Source: Minisyncoccia bacterium
Lineage (GTDB): Bacteria > Patescibacteriota > Minisyncoccia > Phycocordibacterales > UBA918
Length of the DNA: 64,000 nt
NCBI GenBank assembly: GCA_041738755.1
Contig: JBGSPE010000003.1
Span: forward strand, 62,602-126,601
Reading direction: 5' to 3'
Numbering within the stretch: the first letter of the stretch is position 1; every line of letters begins with the position of its first letter. This document shows positions 27,348-36,710 of the stretch, one piece after another. Under the pieces are notes generated by a model. It searched no databases. It saw only the letters and a list, made by a program, of their open reading frames with translations, and had not been told where the DNA came from. Made by a program: the position numbers and the translations under genes.

Positions 27348-27602
27348 TTATTTTTTCGCCTTTGCCTGTCGAGCTTTGAACCGTTCTACTCTACCTGCAG
27401 TATCCATCACCTTCTCCTGTCCAGTATAAAACGGGTGTGAAGCACTGGTTACATCTACTTGTGCCAAGGGGTATTCTTGACCATCAGTCCACTTGTCAGT
27501 AGCTTTTGTAGCAATTGTTGAACCAACCAATACACGCTCCCCGCTGGTGTTATCGTGGAAAATGACTGGTCGGTAGTTCTTTGGGTGAATATCAGCTTTC
27601 AT
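27348..27602 (-). CDS. rpmE: 50S ribosomal protein L31, Cys-less (type B-like)
   Basis: '[15 protein letters not shown]...[24 protein letters not shown]'; no CxxC zinc-ribbon cysteines. Confidence 0.8.
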   Translation of the reverse strand: MKADIHPKNYRPVIFHDNTSGERVLVGSTIATKATDKWTDGQEYPLAQVDVTSASHPFYTGQEKVMDTAGRVERFKARQAKAKK

Positions 27603-27644
27603 ATATGACGAACACTATAGCAGATAGTAGCCTTTTGGCAATAC

Positions 27645-29009
27645 TTATTGGCCAAGAATCTGAATTTCTCCCGCTAAGCGAGATTTTCGATTCATAACCT
27701 GGTCACCATAGAAGGCATTGGCAGGATTTGAAGCTCCACCCCAGCCTGAGTAGTACCGTAATGCGGCGAGCCTATCTCCAGCGTAGGTACCATCGGCCCC
27801 GTTGTCTCGCATCAAAAGAGCGGTCGCGATAAAGGCGTCCTGATTGTTAAATGGATTTGAAGGACCACTTCCACCATTAATTCTTCGAATTGCATCACTC
27901 GCTTGGTTATAGACAAATCCTCCAGCCCCATTGCTGACAATTCCACCATAGATAGCCCAGGTTGAAGGAATGAACTGTGATGGCCCCATGGCTCCACCCC
28001 AGCCATGTCGAACGCCATTTTGGTAGATTGGACAAGAAACGGTTCGAGTAAATGGATCAAAGCCAAGGATATTTGCAATTGCCATGAAGACTGGTTCATC
28101 ACGTGTTGGGTGCATAACTGGTCGATCGCTTTTGTTGTCAGTAAAGAGACAGCCTCCAAGGTTTGAACCGAGGTTACTTTCTTGTTCAAGGATGGCTAGA
28201 ATAAGTGCGGTATCAACGCCAGTTACCTGATTGGCATACTTAGCCAGTCGTACCGCTTCTGGGAACGGAATACTCCCTCCACCTCCGAGGAGTTGGAAGA
28301 GTGCATTTCGAAGCTGAGCAGCTGTTCGCTGCTGTGATTCGAGTAGTTCTTGGTAGACTGACTCCTCACCCTTTGTCACAGTCAAAATCTCTTCTTTTTG
28401 CTGTTCCTTTACCTCTATCCGTTCCTTTTCAAGTTCTTGAATCAGTCGCATCTCTGCTTCTGTTTGTTGCTTGACCTCAAGCTCACCTCGCTCATTAATA
28501 GTATCTCGTTTGATACCATGCAAAATTTCCAGTGAATCATTTAATGACTCTTTGAGATTTTGATAGGTTGCTACATCAGTAAAAAACTCCGAGAAACTCT
28601 CTTTACTTAACATCACCTCAACCAAACTAAAATCATCAATAGTGGCCGACTTGCGTACCAAGTCTGCTAATGATTGCTGTTGCTTCATCGACTTCTCTTC
28701 TAAGATTGAAAGGACCACTCCCTTTTCACCAATCTGATCTGAGAGTTGTTCAATCGCTACTGAACGGGCTTGAATACCGAGCTGTGCTTGCTTAATCTCA
28801 CCTTCAATAATTGCCATGTCTCGTTCGAGTGAGCGGCGTTCCGTCCGCTTCCCCTCTACAAGTTTTTCTTGGGCTTGAATTTGTCGTTCAACATTTGAGA
28901 GTTCTGCTTGCAAACGCGCTCGACGCTCCGCTTCTGTTTCAGCGAATGCCTGCAGTGGCCCGAGCAATAAACTGACACTAAGAAATATCGTAAGGAATGT
29001 CCTAAACAT
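27645..29009 (-). CDS. Secreted coiled-coil protein with a C-terminal lytic-transglycosylase (SLT-family) domain
   Basis: Signal peptide; ~230-aa heptad-rich region; SLT motifs 'ILEQESNLGSN' (catalytic Glu-Ser), 'GPSQFIPSTW' (GLMQ-like), 'ALRYYSGWGG' (AYNAG-like). Confidence 0.65.
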   Translation of the reverse strand: MFRTFLTIFLSVSLLLGPLQAFAETEAERRARLQAELSNVERQIQAQEKLVEGKRTERRSLERDMAIIEGEIKQAQLGIQARSVAIEQLSDQIGEKGVVLSILEEKSMKQQQSLADLVRKSATIDDFSLVEVMLSKESFSEFFTDVATYQNLKESLNDSLEILHGIKRDTINERGELEVKQQTEAEMRLIQELEKERIEVKEQQKEEILTVTKGEESVYQELLESQQRTAAQLRNALFQLLGGGGSIPFPEAVRLAKYANQVTGVDTALILAILEQESNLGSNLGGCLFTDNKSDRPVMHPTRDEPVFMAIANILGFDPFTRTVSCPIYQNGVRHGWGGAMGPSQFIPSTWAIYGGIVSNGAGGFVYNQASDAIRRINGGSGPSNPFNNQDAFIATALLMRDNGADGTYAGDRLAALRYYSGWGGASNPANAFYGDQVMNRKSRLAGEIQILGQ

Positions 29010-29095
29010 GGTTATAAGTATACCAAAAAATAACGAACCAGATAGTCACCCTTACCCACATCTACCGGCGCCTGCTCTAAAATGATGTATAGCTG

Positions 29096-30121
29096 ATGTT
29101 ATACTCAGAACATATGTCAAACCAATATGATTTTGTAGCCATCGGCGATATTTTAATCGACGCTTTTATTGAACTAAATAAAGACCAAGCTGATGTATCA
29201 ATTGACCTCGATTCGGGACGAAAAACCCTCCATATGCCATTTGGCGGTAAAATCCCCTACAACGATGTCGTTGTCTTACCAGCTGTCGGAAATTCTCCGA
29301 ACGCCGCTGTGTCCGCTCACCGGCTAGGGCTTGAAACCGCCCTCGTGACGAATATTGGCCATGATAAATTTGGAAAGGAGTGTCTTGATGCGCTTCGCCA
29401 GGAAGGTATTCATACTGACTTTGTAAAGATTCATGAGGGTAAAAAGACCAACTACCACTACGTACTTCGCTATGGTGCGGAACGAACAATTTTGATTAAT
29501 CACGAAACCTACCCATACGCACTCCCTGATTTCCCTGTCCCACCTCGATACATCTACTTCTCTTCAGTTGGTGAACATGGTATCGCCTTCCATCACGAAA
29601 TTGCTCAGTATGTCATCGAACACCCTGAGACAAAGCTCGTATTCCAACCAGGAACCTTCCAAATTAAGCTCGGCGCAGTTGAACTCAAAGATGTCTACAG
29701 CAATACCGAAATCTTCTTCTGTAACAAAGAAGAAGCGCAGGAAATCTTAAATACCACCGAACAACATCTCCCGACGCTCCTACGCGGTATTCGTGCGCTT
29801 GGTCCAAAAATCCCTGTTATTACTGATGGTCCAGCGGGAGCCTATGTTATTGATGGCGATGATCAAGCATGGCATATGCCAATGTACCCAGATCCGAGCG
29901 AACCAGTTGACCGAACTGGTGCGGGTGATTCATTTGCCTCAACCTTCACGGCCGCTATCGCGCTCGGCAAAAGTCCGGAAGAAGCACTGTCGTGGGGACC
30001 GGTTAACTCGATGTCAGTGGTACAAAAAATTGGCGCTCAAGCTGGACTCCTTACTATGGAAGAACTCCAAAGTTACCTAGATAACCGACCAGCCGACTAC
30101 GTACCAACCAAAATTAATTAG
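29096..30121 (+). CDS. PfkB-family carbohydrate/nucleoside kinase
   Basis: N-terminal 'FVAIGDILIDAF' and C-terminal 'PVDRTGAGDSFASTF' (PfkB signature 2). An alternative start ATG lies at 29114. Confidence 0.7.
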   Translation: MLYSEHMSNQYDFVAIGDILIDAFIELNKDQADVSIDLDSGRKTLHMPFGGKIPYNDVVVLPAVGNSPNAAVSAHRLGLETALVTNIGHDKFGKECLDALRQEGIHTDFVKIHEGKKTNYHYVLRYGAERTILINHETYPYALPDFPVPPRYIYFSSVGEHGIAFHHEIAQYVIEHPETKLVFQPGTFQIKLGAVELKDVYSNTEIFFCNKEEAQEILNTTEQHLPTLLRGIRALGPKIPVITDGPAGAYVIDGDDQAWHMPMYPDPSEPVDRTGAGDSFASTFTAAIALGKSPEEALSWGPVNSMSVVQKIGAQAGLLTMEELQSYLDNRPADYVPTKIN

Positions 30122-30132
30122 TCTCTAATTAC

Positions 30133-30168
30133 AAAAAAGCCGAGGACCGTTGGTCCTCGGCTTTTTTA
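30133..30168. terminator. Bidirectional rho-independent terminator between the pfkB-like gene and transketolase
   Basis: Stem gccgaggacc(30139-30148)/ggtcctcggc(30152-30161), AAAAAA upstream and TTTTTT downstream. Confidence 0.7.
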
Positions 30169-30183
30169 ATATCTCTACTTCTC

Positions 30184-31170
30184 TTATTCCAAAGCCTTCG
30201 TCGCAGCAGCAATAATCGCTGGCACATCCATACCATAGTGCGCTACCAATTCATCAGGCTCACCTGACTGTCCAAACACATCATCAATTCCCACTCGAAC
30301 AATTTTCGTTGGTCTGACTTCACTTAGAAATTCTGCTACCGCACTACCCAATCCCCCTATCTTTTGGTGCTCTTCAACGGTAACTAAGGCATCGTGTCCC
30401 TCCGCTAAGGCACGAACGGCTTCAGTATCAAGTGGCTTAATCGTTGCCAAGTGAAGCACCGTCGCTCCAATTCCTTGGGTTTCAAGTTCTTTGGCTGCCA
30501 TCAGCGCATTAAAGAGGAGTGAACCTGTAACCACAATCCCGACAGAAGTAGCGTGCGAGGCATTTTTGGTATACATGATTTCGCCTTTACCAATTTCAAA
30601 CGGTGACGCAGCTGTGGTAACAACCGGTGTATCGCTTCGTCCCAACCGGAAGTACACTGGCCCGTCATACTTCGCTGCAGCCAAGGCTACTTTCCTTGCT
30701 TCATGAATATCAGCTGGTGCAATGACCACCATATTTGGCATCGCGCGCATAATTGCAATATCTTCAGTCATTTGGTGTGTGGCGCCATCTGGTCCAACGG
30801 AAATACCGGCGTGAGCACCGACGATTTTTACATTGCTATTATTGTACGCAATAGTCGTACGAATCTGTTCCCAGTTACGGCCTGGTGAGAAGGTTGCATA
30901 GGACGCAATAAATGGAATCTTCCCCATTGCTGCCATCCCAGAAGCCACTGACGCTAGGTTCTGCTCTGCCACACCGACTTGCACAAATCGCTTTGGAAAG
31001 GCTTTTGCAAACGCATCTGTTTTGGTTGATTCTGTAAGGTCACAACAAAGAGCAACGACCCGCTCATCACGAGTACCAGCTTCGAGAAGTCCTTCACCAT
31101 AGCCAACTCGATTGGCTTTTCGTTCAACTCCTTCTGGAGTAAGGTTTGGTTGTAAATGACTGGCGAACAT
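30184..31170 (-). CDS. Transketolase, C-terminal (pyrimidine-binding plus C-terminal domain) subunit of a split enzyme
   Basis: 'FVQVGVAEQNLASVASGMAAMGKIPFIASYATFS...' transketolase central and C-terminal regions. Confidence 0.85.
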   Translation of the reverse strand: MFASHLQPNLTPEGVERKANRVGYGEGLLEAGTRDERVVALCCDLTESTKTDAFAKAFPKRFVQVGVAEQNLASVASGMAAMGKIPFIASYATFSPGRNWEQIRTTIAYNNSNVKIVGAHAGISVGPDGATHQMTEDIAIMRAMPNMVVIAPADIHEARKVALAAAKYDGPVYFRLGRSDTPVVTTAASPFEIGKGEIMYTKNASHATSVGIVVTGSLLFNALMAAKELETQGIGATVLHLATIKPLDTEAVRALAEGHDALVTVEEHQKIGGLGSAVAEFLSEVRPTKIVRVGIDDVFGQSGEPDELVAHYGMDVPAIIAAATKALE

Positions 31171-31190
31171 ATAATGACTGGGAAATATAA

Positions 31191-32087
31191 TTATGAAATA
31201 TCTTGAGCTTGAATCGTTCCGGCAAGCGTACGGAGTTTTTCAAGAGCAACAGCTGCTTGCTGACCTTTGGCTACTCGGTCCTCCGGCCCCTTCCCTGGTG
31301 GATTACCGTGCCACCTGAAATCTCGTTCAAACACATCGACTCCTTTTGAGGCAATCGTGTGCGCAATAATAAGTGATGGCTGACTATATACGGCCTGGGC
31401 TTTTCCGATAGCATCATTTAAGGCGCGCATACTATGTCCATCAACTTCTTGTACATCGAAGTTAAAGGCGGCAAACTTTTCTGCCAGTGGTTCAAGGGGC
31501 ATAACATCTTTTGTGTAGCCATCAATCTGAATACCATTTCGGTCAACAATTACAATCAAATTATGTAATTGTTCCTTACCTGCCAAAAGAGCGGCTTCCC
31601 AGATTTGTCCTTCGTTCAATTCCCCATCACCGGTAAGACAATAGAAGTACTTTGATGAGTAGGGGTTGTCCATTCGCTCGGCCAAAGCCATACCAATCGC
31701 TTGTGAGAGACCTGACCCCAGCGGTCCTGAACTTGTTTCAATTCCAGGTAGTACCTCTTTGTGTGGGTGACCCTGCAAACGACTACCAAACTTCCGAAGG
31801 GTTAACAATTCATCAACCGAGAAGTATCCTGCGTGAGCCAAAGTAGCGTAGAGCACGGGGCAGATGTGGCCGTTTGAAAGTACAAGTCTGTCACGCTCTT
31901 CCCACTCAGGATTCTTTGGGTCATGTTTTAAAATTGCAAAATAAAGGAGCGTAAAGATATCCGCCATTCCTAAGGGGCCTGCAGTGTGACCACTACCAGC
32001 TTCAGAAAGCATTTCAATAATACTTTGGCGGATAGTATTAGCGGTGAGTTCCAGTGTGCGAACTTCAGTTGAGGTAAGGTACTTCAT
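31191..32087 (-). CDS. Transketolase, N-terminal thiamine-diphosphate-binding subunit
   Basis: 'SGHTAGPLGMADIF...', 'LTGDGELNEGQIWEA', 'IVIVDRNGIQIDG' TPP-binding motifs. Confidence 0.85.
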   Translation of the reverse strand: MKYLTSTEVRTLELTANTIRQSIIEMLSEAGSGHTAGPLGMADIFTLLYFAILKHDPKNPEWEERDRLVLSNGHICPVLYATLAHAGYFSVDELLTLRKFGSRLQGHPHKEVLPGIETSSGPLGSGLSQAIGMALAERMDNPYSSKYFYCLTGDGELNEGQIWEAALLAGKEQLHNLIVIVDRNGIQIDGYTKDVMPLEPLAEKFAAFNFDVQEVDGHSMRALNDAIGKAQAVYSQPSLIIAHTIASKGVDVFERDFRWHGNPPGKGPEDRVAKGQQAAVALEKLRTLAGTIQAQDIS

Positions 32088-32131
32088 ATAATGCTAGTAG
32101 TATAGCAACTCACGTACGCTGTTGCTGTGAC

Positions 32132-32788
32132 TTATTCACCGACCAGTGCCTTCAGTGCTTCATAGGCAGCGCGTGGATCAGCCTGCTTCACAATCGCCGA
32201 GCCAGCAATAAATCTATCAGCTCCTGCTTTTTTTAATGATTGAATCGTGTCAGCATTTACCCCTCCGTCGACCGTAATAGAATAGTTAGGAAACCGTTGT
32301 CGCAGTAAGGCGACTTTTTCGATTGTTTTTGTATCGAATACTTGTCCTTGGGCACCAATCGTTTCTACTCCCATCACTTGAATATAGTCTGCCTCCTCTA
32401 CGTATGGCAAGAACGTTTCAAGCGGGGTATCACCATGGAAGGCAACACCAATTGAGACTGTCGTATGTTCTTTGAAGCGCTTAAAAGCCTCAAGTGAAAG
32501 TGACTCAACGTGAAAAACCAACATATCAGCCCCTGCCTTTACCCAGGCGTTTGCAGCAGCTATCGGGTTCGCTACCATCAAATCAATCTCCAGAGTGTAA
32601 CGGTCAGTGTGTGGTTTAACCGCTACCGGTTCACCAAGAGGGTTGTATGGCCACGAAACAGTTGGGACAAATACACCGTCGACGACATCAATCTGTAACT
32701 CACGAGCAAAGAGAAGTGCTCCTGTTGCGGACACTACCTCGGCTTCTGTAGTCGGTATGAGAGCAGGAACAATCGAAATGTACGTCAT
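32132..32788 (-). CDS. rpe: Ribulose-phosphate 3-epimerase-like TIM-barrel enzyme
   Basis: 'IDVVDGVFVPT', 'EIDLMVANP', 'FHVES', 'ITVDGGVN...GSAIV' match the Rpe pattern; pathway neighbours are rpiB and tkt. Confidence 0.65.
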   Translation of the reverse strand: MTYISIVPALIPTTEAEVVSATGALLFARELQIDVVDGVFVPTVSWPYNPLGEPVAVKPHTDRYTLEIDLMVANPIAAANAWVKAGADMLVFHVESLSLEAFKRFKEHTTVSIGVAFHGDTPLETFLPYVEEADYIQVMGVETIGAQGQVFDTKTIEKVALLRQRFPNYSITVDGGVNADTIQSLKKAGADRFIAGSAIVKQADPRAAYEALKALVGE

Positions 32789-32793
32789 AATAA

Positions 32794-33264
32794 TTATTTA
32801 GATACTTGTTCAGCTTTTTTGATTCTCCGCTGGTACTTTGTCTCAGGTGAAGCGGGTGTTGTAAGCCACTCAAGGATGACTTCTTTGGCTTCTTTTTGCG
32901 AGACAAAGCGAGACCCAATAGAAAGTATATTGGCATCATTATGTTCACGACTAAGCCTCACAATGTCTTTATTGCCACCATAGTATACGGTGGCTCGGAC
33001 GTTCTGAAATCGATTTGCGAGCATTGCTTCACCTTGACCTGAACCACCGAAAATAACTGCTTTTGTCGTAGCTGGTTGTGTGCTCACCGCTTTGGCTGCC
33101 AAGCTAATGTAATCTGGATAATCATCTTCAGGAGCAAGCGTCGTTGCTCCATGATCAACCACTTCGTACCCTTCAAGTAATAACCATAGCTTCACACTAT
33201 TTTTCAACTCAAAACCAGCATGATCAGTAGCCAAGTGAATCGTACATGAGGTTGAGTCGTTCAT
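32794..33264 (-). CDS. rpiB: Ribose-5-phosphate isomerase B (RpiB/LacAB family)
   Basis: 'IHLATDHAGFELK', 'DYPDY', 'AVIFGGSGQGEAMLANR', 'REHNDANILSIGSRF'. Confidence 0.8.
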   Translation of the reverse strand: MNDSTSCTIHLATDHAGFELKNSVKLWLLLEGYEVVDHGATTLAPEDDYPDYISLAAKAVSTQPATTKAVIFGGSGQGEAMLANRFQNVRATVYYGGNKDIVRLSREHNDANILSIGSRFVSQKEAKEVILEWLTTPASPETKYQRRIKKAEQVSK

Positions 33265-33266
33265 TG

Positions 33267-34283
33267 TTAGGTAGTCATCCGCGCCACAGCTGCCACGTGT
33301 TCGACCAATGTTTGTGTGTAGCTTGTCTCGTTGTCGTACCAGGCAAACACCTTTACGAGGTTGCCATCAACCACTCGAGTAAATGAGAGGTCGGCAATAG
33401 AGCCTACTTTTGAACCAATAATATCTGACGATACCAACGGTTCGCTCGTAGCCGTAAAAATATGCTTCCATCGATCTTCCCCGGCCGCTTTCGTGAGTGC
33501 CGCATTTACTTCTTCAACAGTAGTATTACGAGAAGCGATGAATGTTACATCAACGATTGATCCAACTGGTACTGGTACCCGCAAGGCAATTCCATCGAAC
33601 TTACCGGCAAGTTCAGGATGAGCTTTGGTCGTCGCCTTGGCAGCACCGGTTGATGAAGGAATAATATTAAGAGCTGCCGCCCTGCCATCACGAAACTCTT
33701 TTTTGCTTGGACCGTCAACCAATGCTTGAGAAGCGGTGTAGGCATGCACCGTACTTAAAATGGCTTTTTCAATTCCAATGGCTTCTTTTAAGATAGCAAC
33801 CAGTGGACTTGTGGCGTTTGTGGTGCACGAAGCGTTAGATGAAATCTGACAGGTCTTTAGTGCTCCTTCATTGACTCCCATCAATACCGTCGCTCCAATT
33901 CCCATTTCGTCTCCACTCGCCGGAGCTGAAATAACTACTCGTTTTGCTCCCGCAGTAAGGTGCTTTTTTGAAGCCTCATACGAAGTAAAGAAACCTGTTG
34001 ATTCAACCACCACGTCGATATTCATACTTCCCCACGGCAACTGCTCTGGTTCACGTTGCTGGACAAATTCAATCCGCTTACCGTCGACGACGAGTGCGTT
34101 ACCATCAACCGTTACGGTAAATGGACTTCGTCCATAGGCAGAGTCGTACGTCAAAAGGTACGCGAGATTATCGATACTACCAAGATCATTCACTGCCACG
34201 ATTTCAATATCGGGATGATTAAATGCCGATCGAAAAAACGTTCGACCGATTCTACCAAAACCATTGATTGCTACTCTTGCCAT
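33267..34283 (-). CDS. gap: Glyceraldehyde-3-phosphate dehydrogenase
   Basis: 'MARVAINGFGRIGR' Rossmann fold and active-site 'SNASCTTNA'. Confidence 0.9.
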   Translation of the reverse strand: MARVAINGFGRIGRTFFRSAFNHPDIEIVAVNDLGSIDNLAYLLTYDSAYGRSPFTVTVDGNALVVDGKRIEFVQQREPEQLPWGSMNIDVVVESTGFFTSYEASKKHLTAGAKRVVISAPASGDEMGIGATVLMGVNEGALKTCQISSNASCTTNATSPLVAILKEAIGIEKAILSTVHAYTASQALVDGPSKKEFRDGRAAALNIIPSSTGAAKATTKAHPELAGKFDGIALRVPVPVGSIVDVTFIASRNTTVEEVNAALTKAAGEDRWKHIFTATSEPLVSSDIIGSKVGSIADLSFTRVVDGNLVKVFAWYDNETSYTQTLVEHVAAVARMTT

Positions 34284-34353
34284 AATAAATAAAAATACTA
34301 ATTAACTTCCTCTACTATACAAGGAATAGAGCGTAAGTTCATTCTTGTTATCC

Positions 34354-35934
34354 TCACGTAAGAGTCTTTCGATACGAAACAAAGAGCAAGAACAAAAGTA
34401 AAAAGAGTAACGTGAGTGAGAGGAGTGGAATTTGATACGCTATGAAAAAATCTGGCCAAAATACCATCTGTTCTGAACTACGACTTGTGTAAAAATCAAT
34501 TATTTGCGAGCGAGTTCCCACCACGCGGGCCTCATAATCATAGATAGTAATCGTGAGACCTGAAGTGCCAGAAAGCATCAGTGGAGCAACCGTAGCTTCA
34601 TAGGCAGTATCGTCGTTATTTATTCGTAGAAGAAATGAGTATGATTTTCGATTGTCAGTTGGGTCAGTCAAGGTGGCGATAATAGTTTTAAGATTTTGAG
34701 CGATAGCAGATTTCGGGATTGAAACAAGAAATAGTTCTTCACTTTTTAGTGACAGTCCCTCACTACCAAATGAGTCAGTTCGGCTCCCCTGGGTAATAAA
34801 TATCTCTGATGGATCAGGCATTCTAAACTCTGGCAATAACCGTTCTGCTTCAGGTACTTCTATAACCGGAGGCGGAACGCCTATTAATCCACCTCCGCTT
34901 CCCTCCCCTCCATCACCAGTACTCTCGAAAGCGAAGACTTGTGCAATGGCTCCTGATGAAACGCGGCCAGATTGATCGACCACAAACGCTGTGTAGTAGA
35001 CAGGAGAATATTGTTCAAGAATGTTTCTATCAAGAAATGTCGTACCACTCCCCTGATAGATAACCGCTCCATCTTGTACATGAGTTGGATACCCCAAGTG
35101 GCTCCGGACAATGCGCACATATGAAAATCCCGCAAAGGTAGGTAGTTGCCAATTCAGCGCCACATCAGTGTTTTGTGCCACCGCACTAAACCGAACGACG
35201 TTCTCAGGAGCAAATAATGCTTCATTACCCAACGTCGTAAATTGCCCTCGCTCCAAAATAGAAGGGATACCTTGTGGTGAATACCCAATCACTTCATATT
35301 CATACACTGTCCCAGGCTCTAAGTCAGTGAGCGTAGTTTGATAGTCACGAAGGAACCGTTCGGTAGCAATGTACCCTAGCTCATATGAACCCGTTCTTCC
35401 CCACCGCACTTCAAAGCGAGCTGGCCTGGCAGTTTTAATAGCAAAACTCGTCGTCGAAAATCCTGATGAAATAACAAGTTCATCAAGTACCACTCTCGTG
35501 GCAGTACCACCGTTGCTTGTACTCGAAGCAACCACCGGGTCAGGTGGGGGCGGAGGCGTATCTGGTGTAGTGGTCGAAAGGGTCGATGACGTAGCCGAAT
35601 AATTCCCCGCAGCATCAAATGTTTGGACGTAATATTGATATGTCGTTGATGGGGAGAGGCCGGTATCAGAAAAATTCGTCTGCGTTGTGGTCGCAAACGG
35701 ATTATTGTCGCGATACAAAACGTAGCCAGCAACAGCAAAATTATCTATTGAGGCGGACCATACGACATCGATTTGCGTACTGGCAATCGGCGTAACTGAG
35801 AGTAAGGTGGGGGTCGTTGGCGCTTCGAGATCTTCACCACCAAATATCCTAATATTGAACTGCGAAGTATCTACCTGAGCCCAAGCCACGGAAACAAACA
35901 AGAACGTACTGAAGATAAGCGTAAGTACTTTCAT
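34354..35934 (-). CDS. Secreted Fn3-repeat protein with a C-terminal TM anchor (last gene of surface module 2)
   Basis: Signal peptide 'MKVLTLIFSTFLFVSVAWAQ'; three Fn3-like modules ('...YQYYVQTFDAAGNYS'); poly-Pro linker; C-terminal 'IPLLSLTLLFLLLFLLFVSYRK'. Confidence 0.65.
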   Translation of the reverse strand: MKVLTLIFSTFLFVSVAWAQVDTSQFNIRIFGGEDLEAPTTPTLLSVTPIASTQIDVVWSASIDNFAVAGYVLYRDNNPFATTTQTNFSDTGLSPSTTYQYYVQTFDAAGNYSATSSTLSTTTPDTPPPPPDPVVASSTSNGGTATRVVLDELVISSGFSTTSFAIKTARPARFEVRWGRTGSYELGYIATERFLRDYQTTLTDLEPGTVYEYEVIGYSPQGIPSILERGQFTTLGNEALFAPENVVRFSAVAQNTDVALNWQLPTFAGFSYVRIVRSHLGYPTHVQDGAVIYQGSGTTFLDRNILEQYSPVYYTAFVVDQSGRVSSGAIAQVFAFESTGDGGEGSGGGLIGVPPPVIEVPEAERLLPEFRMPDPSEIFITQGSRTDSFGSEGLSLKSEELFLVSIPKSAIAQNLKTIIATLTDPTDNRKSYSFLLRINNDDTAYEATVAPLMLSGTSGLTITIYDYEARVVGTRSQIIDFYTSRSSEQMVFWPDFFIAYQIPLLSLTLLFLLLFLLFVSYRKTLT

Positions 35935-35942
35935 TCACTCTA

Positions 35943-36710
35943 TTATAACGGAAGTGCAGTCATGGTGCTGGTTGCTATGTAGAGACCGGAGGCTACTCCA
36001 GCATTCTGACCCACTCCCACACGAAACTTCACTGTAGTGGTGGAACCGTTGGGATGGTTAGGCTGACCTGAGCGAGCAATCAATATGTCATTAGTAGTTA
36101 ATGCTCTCCAGCACCGATCTGTAACATTTCCTGTACCAATATTACAGGCAATACCATTGTCTCTAAATGTTGAACCTGCATGGATTCCTTCGACTGTAAA
36201 TCCAAAAAATGCTTCCCCATCGCCTACCTCAAACAGGAAGTCTGGAGTTGTTGTTGCTGGATAATTTGCGATACTATCAGTTGGGCTATTCATAGCAGGG
36301 TCGTTCGGGGTCGTAATCGTCAAGCTGTAGCCGGACGGACTATCAGTTGTAACGACGACACTAGTTGATCCATTAGAGGTACCACCACTCAATCCGCCAA
36401 TATCAGGGCTAAGGAAGACCTCAGTCGCATCACTGATACTAATAAAGACCTCTTGCATCTGCTGATAGCCCGCTCGCAAGCTATACGTGGTACTGTCAGA
36501 TGGTCCGGTTGCCGATTCTCCAATCGTACTTTCAAGTGAAAAAGAGTCTGATTCAGAAAGCCCACCACCATTATTGATGCTATCGCTTTGAATTTGATAA
36601 TTGCTACTTGAGCGGACTTGCGCAAACCCCAGCTGAAGGCTGGTCAAAATGAGGGTGGTGCAAATCAAGGCGGTAAAAGAATCTTTGAGTAACAGAGAGA
36701 GCATAGTCAC
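35943..36710 (-). CDS. Small secreted beta-rich protein, paralog A (WxL/TasA-like size and layout; conserved Cys pair)
   Basis: Signal peptide; 'GIACNIGTGNVTDRCWRAL...TTTVKFRVGVGQNAGVASGLYIATSTMTALPL'; paralog of 37773..38486. Confidence 0.6.
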   Translation of the reverse strand: MTMLSLLLKDSFTALICTTLILTSLQLGFAQVRSSSNYQIQSDSINNGGGLSESDSFSLESTIGESATGPSDSTTYSLRAGYQQMQEVFISISDATEVFLSPDIGGLSGGTSNGSTSVVVTTDSPSGYSLTITTPNDPAMNSPTDSIANYPATTTPDFLFEVGDGEAFFGFTVEGIHAGSTFRDNGIACNIGTGNVTDRCWRALTTNDILIARSGQPNHPNGSTTTVKFRVGVGQNAGVASGLYIATSTMTALPL

